Made by a program: the position numbers and the translations under genes. Of a DNA stretch of 64,000 bases, positions 1-9,106 are shown one piece after another; position 1 is the first letter of the stretch; each line of letters starts with the position of its first letter. This stretch comes from Elusimicrobiota bacterium. GTDB taxonomy: Bacteria > Elusimicrobiota > Elusimicrobia > Elusimicrobiales > UBA9959. The notes under the pieces were generated by a model that was not told the origin of the DNA, did not search any database, and saw only the letters and a list, made by a program, of their open reading frames with translations. Where the stretch lies: assembly GCA_003482905.1 (NCBI GenBank), contig DMXM01000028.1, positions 49,703-113,702 on the forward strand, read 5' to 3'.

Positions 1-285
1 ACAGCCGCCCGGATAAACGTTAACGCCGCCCACGATACGGGGCTGCTCCCTTTCTATCTTGGCGGACCAATCATAAGGATTGACGCCGCTACCGCTGACC
101 TGCGTAACAAAAGAAACATTATTGTCGCTATAACTATAGCCCATTTCACAATAGGTATCGGTCGACTTGCCTGTGGGATAACGCGCCTGCATGTCCCTTA
201 TATAGAGCTGCTGCGCGCAGGCCGTTGCCGCCAGCCCGGAAATAAGCGTCCAGGCGCCGAAAATCGAGATTAGTTTTTTTCGCAT
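1..285 (-). CDS. hypothetical secreted protein (partial; 3' end lies beyond window start)
   Basis: Absent from the ORF track because it is open at the window edge. The reverse strand reads GAGGAAGACT-ATG (283-285), then MRKKLISIFGAWTLISGLAATACAQQLYIRD... The N-terminus looks like a signal peptide and the frame stays open to position 1. Confidence 0.5.
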   Translation of the reverse strand, partial: MRKKLISIFGAWTLISGLAATACAQQLYIRDMQARYPTGKSTDTYCEMGYSYSDNNVSFVTQVSGSGVNPYDWSAKIEREQPRIVGGVNVYPGGC

Positions 286-409
286 AGTCTTCCTCTGTCG
301 ATCACAAAAACAAAGCGGGGCCGGCTAGGCCGCCCGCCGGTTCGGCGGACAGGCGCCCGTATATAAATTCACTTTTTAATTCTGCCATTTTGGTCATAAC
401 AAATCAATG

Positions 410-2149
410 TTAATTATAAGTCTTTAATGAGTATCTCTTCAGCACGTACCCGCCGGCGACCTCACCGGCTTTTTCCACCGTCCACAATGAGGCTCCGTCA
501 ACCCAGAAAGCGGCGGCCTTGTTCTTGCCGAAGGGCTGGCTGGAGAGCCGCCGGAACGCCCCGTCCCCGAAAGCGTAGCGGCGCAGGATGTTATTGCCGT
601 CCAGCGTCCATAGCCGGCCGTTGACCCACTGCATGCAGGCCAGGCTCTTTACCCCTTCCAGAGGGTAAGTGGCCGAAGCGCCCGCCTTGGGGTCGAGAGC
701 GTATTTATAGATGAGGCCGGAGGAGGCGTCGAAAGTCCAAAGGTTGTAGCCGTCCCAGGCGGCGCCCTGCGGCGCGGGGCCGGGAGTTCTGACCGTCTCC
801 ATTATCTTTCCGTCCTTATAGCTCTGGAGGACGTAGCGCAGCTGCGTCATGTCCAGCGTCCAGAGGCCGCCGCCGGAAGCGCCGAGCGCCCCGGGCCGCA
901 GCGGCTGCCCCTCCGGGGCGGGCAATATGCGCAGCGTCGCAAAATCCTTGGCGTCCTTGAGAGCCAGGCCGCGGTTCCAGTCGGCCAGCCAGATGCCGTC
1001 CCTGGTGACCGCCAGCCCGGAGGGGTTCGGCAGGTCTATGGGGGCGCTGGCTAAAAGCCTGTAATGCGCCTTGGCCCGCCAGGCGTGCAGCCGCCAGGCG
1101 CCAGCACTCATGACTAGCAGGGCGGCCAGACCCAGCGCCAGCGCGCGCGTAACGTTGCTGCGGGCGCGCGCAAAAGCCTTATCCGGCCCGGACGAAACGA
1201 AAACGGCCGGCAATTCCACGCCTTTAAGGGCGTAAAGCTTGAGCACCTGCGTCACCTTTTCCGTCCACTGGCTGGATTCTTTCAGGACGTTGGCGAGACC
1301 GGCGGCGTTCTCCACGCCCTTGGATTCCTGCTCCCGCATTTTCATGGTCCAGGCCTCGCGCTCGGAGCGCAGGCGTTCTTCCCACACGGCGAATTCCTGC
1401 CTGTGAGTCTCCCAGACCGAACGCTCCCTGTCCCAAAGTTCGCGCCACTGCGTCCGTTCCGCGTCCCAATTGGCCTTCGCTCCATCAAGGCGGGCCGTAA
1501 GATCTTTTATCAGCGTTTCCTGGTCCTTCAGCTTTACCTGGTCGTCGCGGCGGCTTTTGCGCTCGCCGAGCAGCTCCGCCAGGGTGCGCTCCACCGCCTC
1601 TTTGGAATCGGCCATCCTGGCCTCAAGCCCGGCTTTCGCGTCGGCCAGGCCCGCTTTTTCCACCGCAAGGCCGTCGCCGCGCTTACGCGCCTCGTCGCGC
1701 TCCACCCGCAGCGCGTCTATGCGCTCCTGCAGGCTCACCATTTCCACTTTGGTGCGCTCCAATATCTCTTTAAGCAATGTGATCTCGCGGCCGTGGTTCT
1801 TTTTCTGCGTGTCCAGCAGCCTTTTCGAGTCCTCGAGGTTCAGCGCGACGGCCATTTCCTCGTTCAATATTTTTTCACGCGCTTCCTGGTAATGCTGTTT
1901 GACCTCGCCCAGGTGGGCCCTGGTCTCTTCCAGCTGGGCGGTCAGGTCCCGCAGTTGGGCGTCTTTGGCGGCCAGCAGCGACTTCCAGTCGCTTTCGGCC
2001 TTTGAAAAATTCTCGCGCAGGAAGCGCATGGTGTCCACGTTGGCCTGGCGCATGTCCGACGGCAGCGGCGAAGCGTCCGGCACGTAGTCCGCGCCGGCGA
2101 CTTTCTTCCAGAGGTCGTTCAAATGTCTGTCTATGTCTTTGCTTTCCAT
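410..2149 (-). CDS. hypothetical bitopic membrane protein: long N-terminal coiled coil, one TM helix, C-terminal beta-propeller-like repeats
   Basis: 579-aa ORF. Residues ~50-330 are heptad-like E/K/R/L/A-rich sequence. TM helix ALALGLAALLVMSAGAW. C-terminal repeats LWTLD / LWTFD / LWTLD / LWTVE. No family recognised. Confidence 0.6.
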   Translation of the reverse strand: MESKDIDRHLNDLWKKVAGADYVPDASPLPSDMRQANVDTMRFLRENFSKAESDWKSLLAAKDAQLRDLTAQLEETRAHLGEVKQHYQEAREKILNEEMAVALNLEDSKRLLDTQKKNHGREITLLKEILERTKVEMVSLQERIDALRVERDEARKRGDGLAVEKAGLADAKAGLEARMADSKEAVERTLAELLGERKSRRDDQVKLKDQETLIKDLTARLDGAKANWDAERTQWRELWDRERSVWETHRQEFAVWEERLRSEREAWTMKMREQESKGVENAAGLANVLKESSQWTEKVTQVLKLYALKGVELPAVFVSSGPDKAFARARSNVTRALALGLAALLVMSAGAWRLHAWRAKAHYRLLASAPIDLPNPSGLAVTRDGIWLADWNRGLALKDAKDFATLRILPAPEGQPLRPGALGASGGGLWTLDMTQLRYVLQSYKDGKIMETVRTPGPAPQGAAWDGYNLWTFDASSGLIYKYALDPKAGASATYPLEGVKSLACMQWVNGRLWTLDGNNILRRYAFGDGAFRRLSSQPFGKNKAAAFWVDGASLWTVEKAGEVAGGYVLKRYSLKTYN

Positions 2150-2277
2150 AAATTTAATATGTGAAAGTTACGAAGTCGCTTAACTTCATAACTCCCAGCT
2201 AGGTAAAGTTTAACAGGGAGGTATTAACCGGCCGTGAATTAAATGTTAACAAAAGGTTACAGGGCGCGTTTACGCTC

Positions 2278-2410
2278 TGCCTGCCTTGGTGACCGGATAA
2301 GCAAAACCCTGCCGGAGCCCGACGCTTACGTAAGCGCGGAGGGCGAGGCGGGGAAGGGCGAGCACGGTGTGCGAGACCCTGTTTTTGCGTTCCGGTCACC
2401 AAGGCAGGCA
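2278..2410. repeat. long-stem inverted repeat (perfect 20-bp arms around ~93 nt)
   Basis: TGCCTGCCTTGGTGACCGGA (2278-2297) is the exact reverse complement of TCCGGTCACCAAGGCAGGCA (2391-2410). Inner GCAAAA/TTTTGC pairing and an internal palindrome CGCTTACGTAAGCG. Lies just downstream of the stop of gene 2417-3781. Confidence 0.7.
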
Positions 2411-2416
2411 CGAGCC

Positions 2417-3781
2417 CTACCTCACCAACCCTTGTAATTCCATGGTGGCCTGGCTGATATCTATGCCGGAATCCTGGTATTGGCTGATAACGCGCTGGAG
2501 GGAACCGCGCAGCACGTCCGCCGGCGCCCCCCCGCCCTTCAGCTTCAGGTAGCTCTGCCAGTCGCTGCTGAAGTCGTACCGGAGCTGGTTGAACTTGTCC
2601 GCCCGGCGCTTCTCGGCCAAAGCCTTAAGCTCCGCCTCGGCCGCGGCCTGGCGCCTCACCACGGCGGCCAGGCGCTCCTTCTCGTCCGTCACGCTGGCCC
2701 GCTGCGCTTGTGTATCCCTCAGCCTTACGGTCAGCGAATCTATCTCCGCCTTCATCGAAGAAAGCTCCTCTTTCAGCAGCCCCTCGCGCCTGGCGGACTC
2801 GTCCAGCGCCTCCACCAGGTCTTTGCGGTACTTGATCTCCTGCTTTATCATCCGTTCGTACTCACCCTCAACGTCGCGGTCGCCGAAGCGCAGCGCCAGG
2901 GTGACGGAGTGCGCCGGGATTATGGCGCCGGTCAGCGGCACCGCCACGCCGTACGAGATCTCCGAAGCCATGTGCTTCCAGCCGAGGCCGGCGCTCATCG
3001 CGGAGGCCCGCTCCGCCAGGAACAGGCCGGCGCGCGAGAAAATACGCCCCGCGCGCTCCGTGCGCCAGACGTGCTCCACACCCGGGTTCACACTGAAATT
3101 ACCTTTCTGACCGGACGAGGCCGTGCGTTTAGCCAGGTCGAGCGACAGGGTGTAATCCTCGCGTTTTTCGGAAACGCCGGCGTGCAGCACGAAAGGCGCG
3201 TTGTCCTTAATGGTCCCTAGTTTAAAAGAGGGATTGGTGATATTAAGCATGGAGAACCCGACCGTATGCCGGCCGTCGGGGCGAAAAACCGCGCCGAGGT
3301 CCAGCCCGATACCGGACTGAGCGTCCCCGCCCGCGGCCGCCGCCCGCAGCACCTTGAAATTGGCGCCAAAATCGAAAAGCCCGGCGTCGGTCCTTAGCAG
3401 GTTGGCGGTAGCCCAGCCGAAAGCTATGGTGTTCTGGGTGGCCAGCCCTTTATCATCGCGGTGGGTCCCGGCCAGGGTAAGCGTCCCCATCCTGCCGTAA
3501 GCCATCCGGGGGATCAGCGCCCAGGCCCCGTACGCGCTGAAATCCGCCGGCCCCTGCGTGGTCAGGCGGGAGGCCAGGAAAGACGCCCCTGTTTCGAACT
3601 TCCGGGAAAGGCCGGGCAGCGCCGGGTTGGCGAATAATGATACGGGATCTTCGAGGGCCGCCGCCTGGCCGCCGAAACCGAGCTGCCTGGCGCCGGCCGG
3701 AACGTCCTCGAAGACGGCCGCCGCCGGAGCGGCGCAGAACAGCAGGCAGACGAAAGCGCGGAGTTTATTTCGCAGGAGCAT
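2417..3781 (-). CDS. hypothetical outer-membrane-type protein: signal peptide, beta-barrel-like N-domain, C-terminal coiled coil
   Basis: 454-aa ORF. Signal peptide MLLRNKLRAFVCLLFCAAPAAA. Residues ~25-290 show alternating beta-strand-like G/A/S/F-rich patterns. Residues ~295-454 are heptad-rich (EYERMIKQEIKYRKDLVEALDES...). Overlaps the upstream GGDEF gene by 17 nt. Confidence 0.55.
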   Translation of the reverse strand: MLLRNKLRAFVCLLFCAAPAAAVFEDVPAGARQLGFGGQAAALEDPVSLFANPALPGLSRKFETGASFLASRLTTQGPADFSAYGAWALIPRMAYGRMGTLTLAGTHRDDKGLATQNTIAFGWATANLLRTDAGLFDFGANFKVLRAAAAGGDAQSGIGLDLGAVFRPDGRHTVGFSMLNITNPSFKLGTIKDNAPFVLHAGVSEKREDYTLSLDLAKRTASSGQKGNFSVNPGVEHVWRTERAGRIFSRAGLFLAERASAMSAGLGWKHMASEISYGVAVPLTGAIIPAHSVTLALRFGDRDVEGEYERMIKQEIKYRKDLVEALDESARREGLLKEELSSMKAEIDSLTVRLRDTQAQRASVTDEKERLAAVVRRQAAAEAELKALAEKRRADKFNQLRYDFSSDWQSYLKLKGGGAPADVLRGSLQRVISQYQDSGIDISQATMELQGLVR

Positions 3782-5297
3782 TGTTCTTCCCTTCGGCCGC
3801 TTGGGCCTTTTTAGTTTCCTCGGCGACGTCGGAGTAAAGCGCTATCTTGCCGCGGCCGTGCGACTTTACCCAGTAGAGGGCGTCGTCGGCCTTTTCCAGC
3901 ATGGCGTCCTGGGTGGCCGCGTCCTGGGGGAAAGTGGAAATCCCTATGCTCATGGTAAAACGCAGCTCGCGGGTCTTCGAGAACGGCACCGGGATGCGCA
4001 GCTCGGCCAGTTCCTGGCTGAGGCGCTGGGCCAGGCGCAGGGCCTCGGCGCCGGTCGCCTGCGGCAGCAGGATGATGATCTCGTCGCCGCCGTAGCGGCA
4101 CGGGAAGTCTATCTTGCGCAGATTGGAAAGGATCACGCGCCCGGCTTCCTTCAGGACCTTGTCGCCTATCTGGTGGCCGTAGGTGTCGTTGACCTCCTTG
4201 AAATAATCGATGTCGGCCCAGAGCAGCGCGAGCGGCTGCTTGAAGCGCTCCGCGCGGTAGAACTCCTCCTGGAAGCGCTGGTTGAAATAGCGGCGCAGCG
4301 GCAGCTTTGTCAGCTCGTCGTAAAGGGAGAGTTCCTCCACCTTGTCGAACAGGCGCGAGTTGTCCACGGCCAGCGCTATCTGGCCGCCGAAGGACTTAAG
4401 CATGGCCAGCTCGTCCGGCTCTATGCGCTGCTGGCTGAGGAGATTGTCAACTATCAGCAGGCCTATGGTGACGCCCTGCACCGAAAGCGGCATATAAAGC
4501 ACGCAGTCCTTGTAGCGCTCCATGAAGGCGCCCGAGCTGCGGCCGAGCACGATGTCGGCGAAGCGGTGCGCGCCCGGTTCCAGCGGTATTTCCTCGTAGG
4601 AAATGCTCTTTATCTGCCCGCGTATGTCGACGGACAGCTCGCCTTTGAGCTTGCGGTTGGGCTCGTCTATCAGGTAAAGGCGCACGCGGTCGAAGCCGAA
4701 ATAGGTCTGTATGCCCGACAGTATGTGCCGGAAGCTGTCGCGCACGCGCAGCGCCGTGGCGAACACCTCCGTCAGTTCGGTTATGGCCGCCACGTTCTTG
4801 TCGTACTTGCGGTGCAGCGAGAAGAACTCCGCCTTGTAGTAATCGCGCAGAAAGGATTTAAGGTAGGCGTCGGCGCGGGCCGCCTCCGCGGCGGTAAAAC
4901 CGCGCTTGCGCGCCGAACGCTCCAGGCGCACCAGGCCGAAACAGGGGATGACGCCTTTGCCGCCGGCGGGGTCGCAGAACTCGAAACGGAAAGGCGAATA
5001 AAGGAAGCTGCCGCCGTGGCTTTTGGCCGATACTGCGCCTAGCGTCTCCATGGCGCGGGCGGCCGGGGAGCCGGGAGCCGGCCGCAGGTCCTCCTCGTGC
5101 TCGAAGGAGACCCCGGAGGCGTAACGGTGCCGCAGGCGCAGCAGGCCGTTCTTTTCGTCGAACTCGTAGAGCGAGGCGGCGTCCAGCGCGAACTGCCCCG
5201 AAACCGACTCCAGGGCCGCTTTGAGAAAGGCGTCGCGGCCGTCATAGAACGCGCGGCCGGTTTCCACGCCTGAAATTATCTTCCCGTTCTTTTTCAT
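3765..5297 (-). CDS. diguanylate cyclase with N-terminal GAF-like sensor regions
   Basis: GGDEF domain: DIDYFKEVNDTYGHQIGD, active-site variant RYGGDEIIILLP, and RKID (RxxD I-site) 5 residues upstream. The N-terminal ~330 aa are GAF-like. Confidence 0.8.
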   Translation of the reverse strand: MKKNGKIISGVETGRAFYDGRDAFLKAALESVSGQFALDAASLYEFDEKNGLLRLRHRYASGVSFEHEEDLRPAPGSPAARAMETLGAVSAKSHGGSFLYSPFRFEFCDPAGGKGVIPCFGLVRLERSARKRGFTAAEAARADAYLKSFLRDYYKAEFFSLHRKYDKNVAAITELTEVFATALRVRDSFRHILSGIQTYFGFDRVRLYLIDEPNRKLKGELSVDIRGQIKSISYEEIPLEPGAHRFADIVLGRSSGAFMERYKDCVLYMPLSVQGVTIGLLIVDNLLSQQRIEPDELAMLKSFGGQIALAVDNSRLFDKVEELSLYDELTKLPLRRYFNQRFQEEFYRAERFKQPLALLWADIDYFKEVNDTYGHQIGDKVLKEAGRVILSNLRKIDFPCRYGGDEIIILLPQATGAEALRLAQRLSQELAELRIPVPFSKTRELRFTMSIGISTFPQDAATQDAMLEKADDALYWVKSHGRGKIALYSDVAEETKKAQAAEGKNNAPAK

Positions 5298-5339
5298 TTG
5301 ATACGATTACACCGATTAAAAACAGATCAGACCGATTCT

Positions 5340-6512
5340 CTAATACAGCGACAGCAAATAGTCGGCCTCTCCCTGCGCCATTATAAGCTCCCGGGTCAGG
5401 TCCTCCCTGTCGTAGTCCTTGCGGGCGATCTTGAGCGACAGGTTCCACAGCGACCGCTCCAGCAGCAGTTCGGCCGTGGGATAGACCATGATGTTCGGTT
5501 TAAGCTCCGGCGCCGAAAAAAGCCGCTTGTAAACGCCGGCCTCGCGTTCCGAACGCAGCTGTTCCTCGAAAACCGGCTTAAGGCAGGGGAACACGCCGAA
5601 ACTCTCGGCAAAAACGGACAGGTTGCGCGGCTCCTGCGCCCAGGAGACGAACGCGGCCGCCCCGGAAGCGTCCCGGCAGGAGGCCGACACGGCCAGGTTA
5701 TACACCAGCATCAGGCCGCCGCCGGAGGGGTAGCCCGGGTAAGGCAGCATTTTCAGCCCGGAACGGCCGGCGAGCTTCCTCGATGAAATTATAAAAGCGC
5801 ACTCCTCGGCGGGCCGGGGGCCGTTCTCGAAACGGTCCGGGCTGAACAGTTCTATCTTGCCGCTGACCGCCAGCTCCAGCCAGTCTTCTATGCCGCCGGC
5901 CGTCTCCTCGCGGGTGAAAGTGGCCCTGTTAAAGTCGTCGGAGAAAAGCCCGCCCCGGCGGCCCCAGATCCTGGGCAGCACGTCGGCCACGGAAACCGGG
6001 CCCGACGAACCGGGCACGGAAAGGGCGTGGGCTCCGTGGCGGCGCGACGGCGGCGCTACCCGGTCGAGCGCGGCGCGAAAACCCTCCCAGGAAGCCAGGT
6101 CGCCCTCCGGGTCGGCCACCGCGCCGAGCGCGGCAGGCCGGTAGAACAGGGCGGGGGCCTCCAGCCACCAGGGCGCGGAAAAAGCCCGGACTTCCTCGTT
6201 GCGGCAAAGTTCTTTAAGTATGAATTCAGGATAGCGCCGCTGCGCCAGGGCTTCAACTTTGGAAGACAGCTCGGCCAGCAGTCCCAGCCGCGAGAGGAGT
6301 TCTGTCCAATTCTGGGGGATCTCTATGATGTCGGCGAGCGGGTTGCGCTTGGGGTCGCGCAGGTGGGCGAACAGGCTCTCCCACATGCTGCTGCGGCTTT
6401 TCACCGAAAATTCCGCGGCCGCCTCCGGAAAAGACGAGTTGAACCTGGCCAGCATGCTCTTAAAAGCCAGGTGCTTCCTGTGGTCGTAGTCCGAGAGAAG
6501 CCAGATTTTCAT
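5340..6512 (-). CDS. hypothetical cytoplasmic protein (weak solute-binding-protein-like appearance)
   Basis: 390-aa ORF with coding-like composition and no signal peptide, lying 42 nt upstream of the GGDEF gene on the same strand. The family assignment is only an impression. Confidence 0.4.
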   Translation of the reverse strand: MKIWLLSDYDHRKHLAFKSMLARFNSSFPEAAAEFSVKSRSSMWESLFAHLRDPKRNPLADIIEIPQNWTELLSRLGLLAELSSKVEALAQRRYPEFILKELCRNEEVRAFSAPWWLEAPALFYRPAALGAVADPEGDLASWEGFRAALDRVAPPSRRHGAHALSVPGSSGPVSVADVLPRIWGRRGGLFSDDFNRATFTREETAGGIEDWLELAVSGKIELFSPDRFENGPRPAEECAFIISSRKLAGRSGLKMLPYPGYPSGGGLMLVYNLAVSASCRDASGAAAFVSWAQEPRNLSVFAESFGVFPCLKPVFEEQLRSEREAGVYKRLFSAPELKPNIMVYPTAELLLERSLWNLSLKIARKDYDREDLTRELIMAQGEADYLLSLY

Positions 6513-6555
6513 GCAGTTAAATCAAGTATCCACCGCGAATATTGCACGTCCGCCC

Positions 6556-7596
6556 CTACCAGCCGGGGGTTCCCAAGCCGGGATCCACCCGCAGGCTGTT
6601 CTTATACCGGCCCGCCTCCAGCCGCCGCAGCGCGCAAAGCGCTATCATGGCGGCATTGTCGGAACAGTAGGCCTTTTCCGAGAACCGCACCTCTAAACCT
6701 TCAAGCCGGGAAAATGCGGCCCTGAGGGCCCCGTTGGCCGAAACCCCGCCGCCGACGGCAATGCGCTTAAGCCCCAGTGAACGGGCGGCGTCGGCCGCCT
6801 TCTTCACCAGGGTCTCGCAAACCGAATCCTGGAAGGCCCGGCAGACCAGGGCCCTTTGGGGCGGCGGCAGGCGGCGGCCGCTCCTGTAAAAATCCTGCCC
6901 CAGCTCTTTGGCCAGGTGGTAGCTGACCGCGGTCTTCAGCCCGCTGAAAGAGAAATCCCAGGTCCCCTGCATGAAAGGCCGCGGGAAAGCGGGAACCTTG
7001 CCCCGCGCGCGCGCGGCCTCTTTTTCCACGGCCGGCCCCCCGGGGTAAGGGAGGCCGAGGAGCTTGGCCACCTTGTCGAAAGCTTCGCCCGCGGCGTCGT
7101 CGCGGGTGCGGCCCAGCACCCGGTAATCCCCGTAACCCCTGCCGTGCCAGATCTCCGTATGGCCGCCGGATACGATAAGCGCCAGCAGCGGGAACTCCAG
7201 CGGCCTGGCGACGCGGCCTTTTTCGAACTCGCAGGCCAGCAGGTGGCCCTCCAGGTGATTCACGCCGACAAGCGGCGCGCTGGCCAGTTCCGCCGCCGCC
7301 TCGGCCGCCACGCGCCCGACCATCAGCGCTCCGGGCAGCCCCGGCCCGCGGGAAAAAGCCACGGCGTCGAAAGAGCCGGGCTTGAGCGGCACGCGCGCGC
7401 GGGCCGCGCCGAGGGCCCCGCCCAGGACGAAAGGTATTTTTTCAAGATGAGCGCGGCTGGCCAGCTCCGGCACCACGCCGCTGTATTTACGGTGAAGCTT
7501 TATCTGGGAAAAGACGACGTTCGAGCGCAGCGTTCTTCCCTCCAGCACCGCGGCTGAGGTCTCGTCGCAGGTAGTCTCGAAAGCCAGTATCTTCAT
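6556..7596 (-). CDS. tsaD: tRNA N6-adenosine threonylcarbamoyltransferase
   Basis: MKILAFETTCDETSAAV, VNHLEGH, SGGHTEIW and GRTRDDAAGEAFDKVAKLLGLPYPGGP motifs. The track start (7671) was trimmed to the conserved MKILAFET start at ATG 7596. Confidence 0.9.
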   Translation of the reverse strand: MKILAFETTCDETSAAVLEGRTLRSNVVFSQIKLHRKYSGVVPELASRAHLEKIPFVLGGALGAARARVPLKPGSFDAVAFSRGPGLPGALMVGRVAAEAAAELASAPLVGVNHLEGHLLACEFEKGRVARPLEFPLLALIVSGGHTEIWHGRGYGDYRVLGRTRDDAAGEAFDKVAKLLGLPYPGGPAVEKEAARARGKVPAFPRPFMQGTWDFSFSGLKTAVSYHLAKELGQDFYRSGRRLPPPQRALVCRAFQDSVCETLVKKAADAARSLGLKRIAVGGGVSANGALRAAFSRLEGLEVRFSEKAYCSDNAAMIALCALRRLEAGRYKNSLRVDPGLGTPGW

Positions 7597-7694
7597 AACT
7601 GCGGCGGCCGGGATACTGCGGGCGGGACACGGCGAACAGAAATTTACGGTACCGTGTGCGATGTGTTCCACCCGCTGCCTGCCGCTGCTTCCCC

Positions 7695-9017
7695 TTATTT
7701 CCCCGGCTTCAGGTTGCCCAGCACTTCGCGGGCCTTCAGCAGCTCTACGGCGCGCTCCAGCACGTCGTCGGCCACGGCGTCGCTCTTCTTGCCGGCCTTG
7801 TCGTCCTTCACGGTCTTCTCATCCTTGGCGTCCTTACCCGGCTTTACGTCCTTGCCCGGGAAATAAAGTTCTTCGCCCTGCTGCAGCAGCTTCTTTTCGG
7901 TTTCCAGCGACACCTTCACGGCTATGTCCGGGGTTATACCGCCGGTCTCGTTCTTGGCGTCGTGCTGTATGGACTTGCCGTTAGGCGTGTAATACTTGGC
8001 TATGGTCAGGCGCAGGGCGGATTTGTCGGAGAGCGGGATCATGCTCTGTACGCTGGCCTTGCCGAAGGAGCGCTCCCCTATGATCACGGCGCGCTTATTG
8101 TCCTGCATGGCGCCCGCCACGATCTCGCTGGCGGAGGCGGAATAGCGGTTCATCAGGATCACCAGCGGCAGCCGCTCGTACGCCGCCGAGCCGCCGGCGC
8201 GGAATTCCTGGTAGTTCTCCGGTTTGCGGCCCTTGGTGTAAACTATCATCTTATCGCCGTTCATGAACACCTTGGAGATGTCCACGGCCGCCGAGAGCAG
8301 GCCGCCGGGATTATAACGCAGGTCCAGCACCAGAGCTTCCATCCCCTTGCCCTTCAGTTCGGCCATGGCCTTGTCGAAATTCTCGGTGACGTGCCCTGTG
8401 AACTCCACGATCTTTATGTAGCCGGTCTTGGCGTCCAACATGCGCCATTTGACGTTCTCGCTCTTTATCAGCTCGCGCGTGATGGTGATATCCCTGGTGA
8501 TCCACTCGGCGTTCTTGTCCTCGGCCTCCCTGGCGGTGGTGATCTTCACCTGCGTGCCGGGTTTGCCGCGCAGTTTCTTTATAGCCTCGTCGATGATGAG
8601 GTCCTTGGTGGACTCGCCCTCGATCTTTATTATCTTGTCCCCGGGCAGCATCTGCGCTCTCCAGGCGGGCGTATTAGGCAGCGGCGTTACCACGGTAAGC
8701 CAGCCGTCCTTGGTGTCCACCCTTATTCCTATGCCGCCGAACTCCCCCTCGGTGTCGCTCTTGACCCGGTCGTAGACGTCCGGCTCCATGAACTGCGAGA
8801 AATCGTCCAGCTCCTCCACCATGCCCTTGGCGGCGCCGTAAACCAGCTTCTGCGGGTCTATCTGCTCCACGTAATTGTCTTTTATCAGCTCCAGCACGTC
8901 CACTATCACCTTCAGCTGCTGGTAGGTCTGGTCCAGGGCGAAGTTGACATAGGGGAATACCGCGCCTATGAACAGGGCCGACAGGGTGACCAGCACTATT
9001 TTGCGTGCGTTCTTCAT
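7695..9017 (-). CDS. S41 carboxy-terminal processing peptidase (Ctp/Prc family) with PDZ domain
   Basis: PDZ-like GGIGIRV...PGDKIIKIEG, LVLDLRYNPGG, catalytic-region SASASEIVAGAMQD. N-terminal membrane anchor. SD AAGGAG lies 7 nt upstream. Confidence 0.85.
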   Translation of the reverse strand: MKNARKIVLVTLSALFIGAVFPYVNFALDQTYQQLKVIVDVLELIKDNYVEQIDPQKLVYGAAKGMVEELDDFSQFMEPDVYDRVKSDTEGEFGGIGIRVDTKDGWLTVVTPLPNTPAWRAQMLPGDKIIKIEGESTKDLIIDEAIKKLRGKPGTQVKITTAREAEDKNAEWITRDITITRELIKSENVKWRMLDAKTGYIKIVEFTGHVTENFDKAMAELKGKGMEALVLDLRYNPGGLLSAAVDISKVFMNGDKMIVYTKGRKPENYQEFRAGGSAAYERLPLVILMNRYSASASEIVAGAMQDNKRAVIIGERSFGKASVQSMIPLSDKSALRLTIAKYYTPNGKSIQHDAKNETGGITPDIAVKVSLETEKKLLQQGEELYFPGKDVKPGKDAKDEKTVKDDKAGKKSDAVADDVLERAVELLKAREVLGNLKPGK

Positions 9018-9106
9018 GGAAAACTCCTTAAAAACCCCGTAAAACGATAAAACCGGCGGCGGCAGCCGTAAGCGCCCGCCGTCACACTATTTATAAAGAA
9101 TTATAT

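Noticed and set aside
2150-2416. Possible c-di-GMP riboswitch downstream of the GGDEF-containing operon segment
   Set aside because: Only a short ACGCAAA string resembles the GEMM-I consensus as I recall it. The tetraloop-receptor features and the paired helices are not present, so it is reported only as an unexplained long hairpin.
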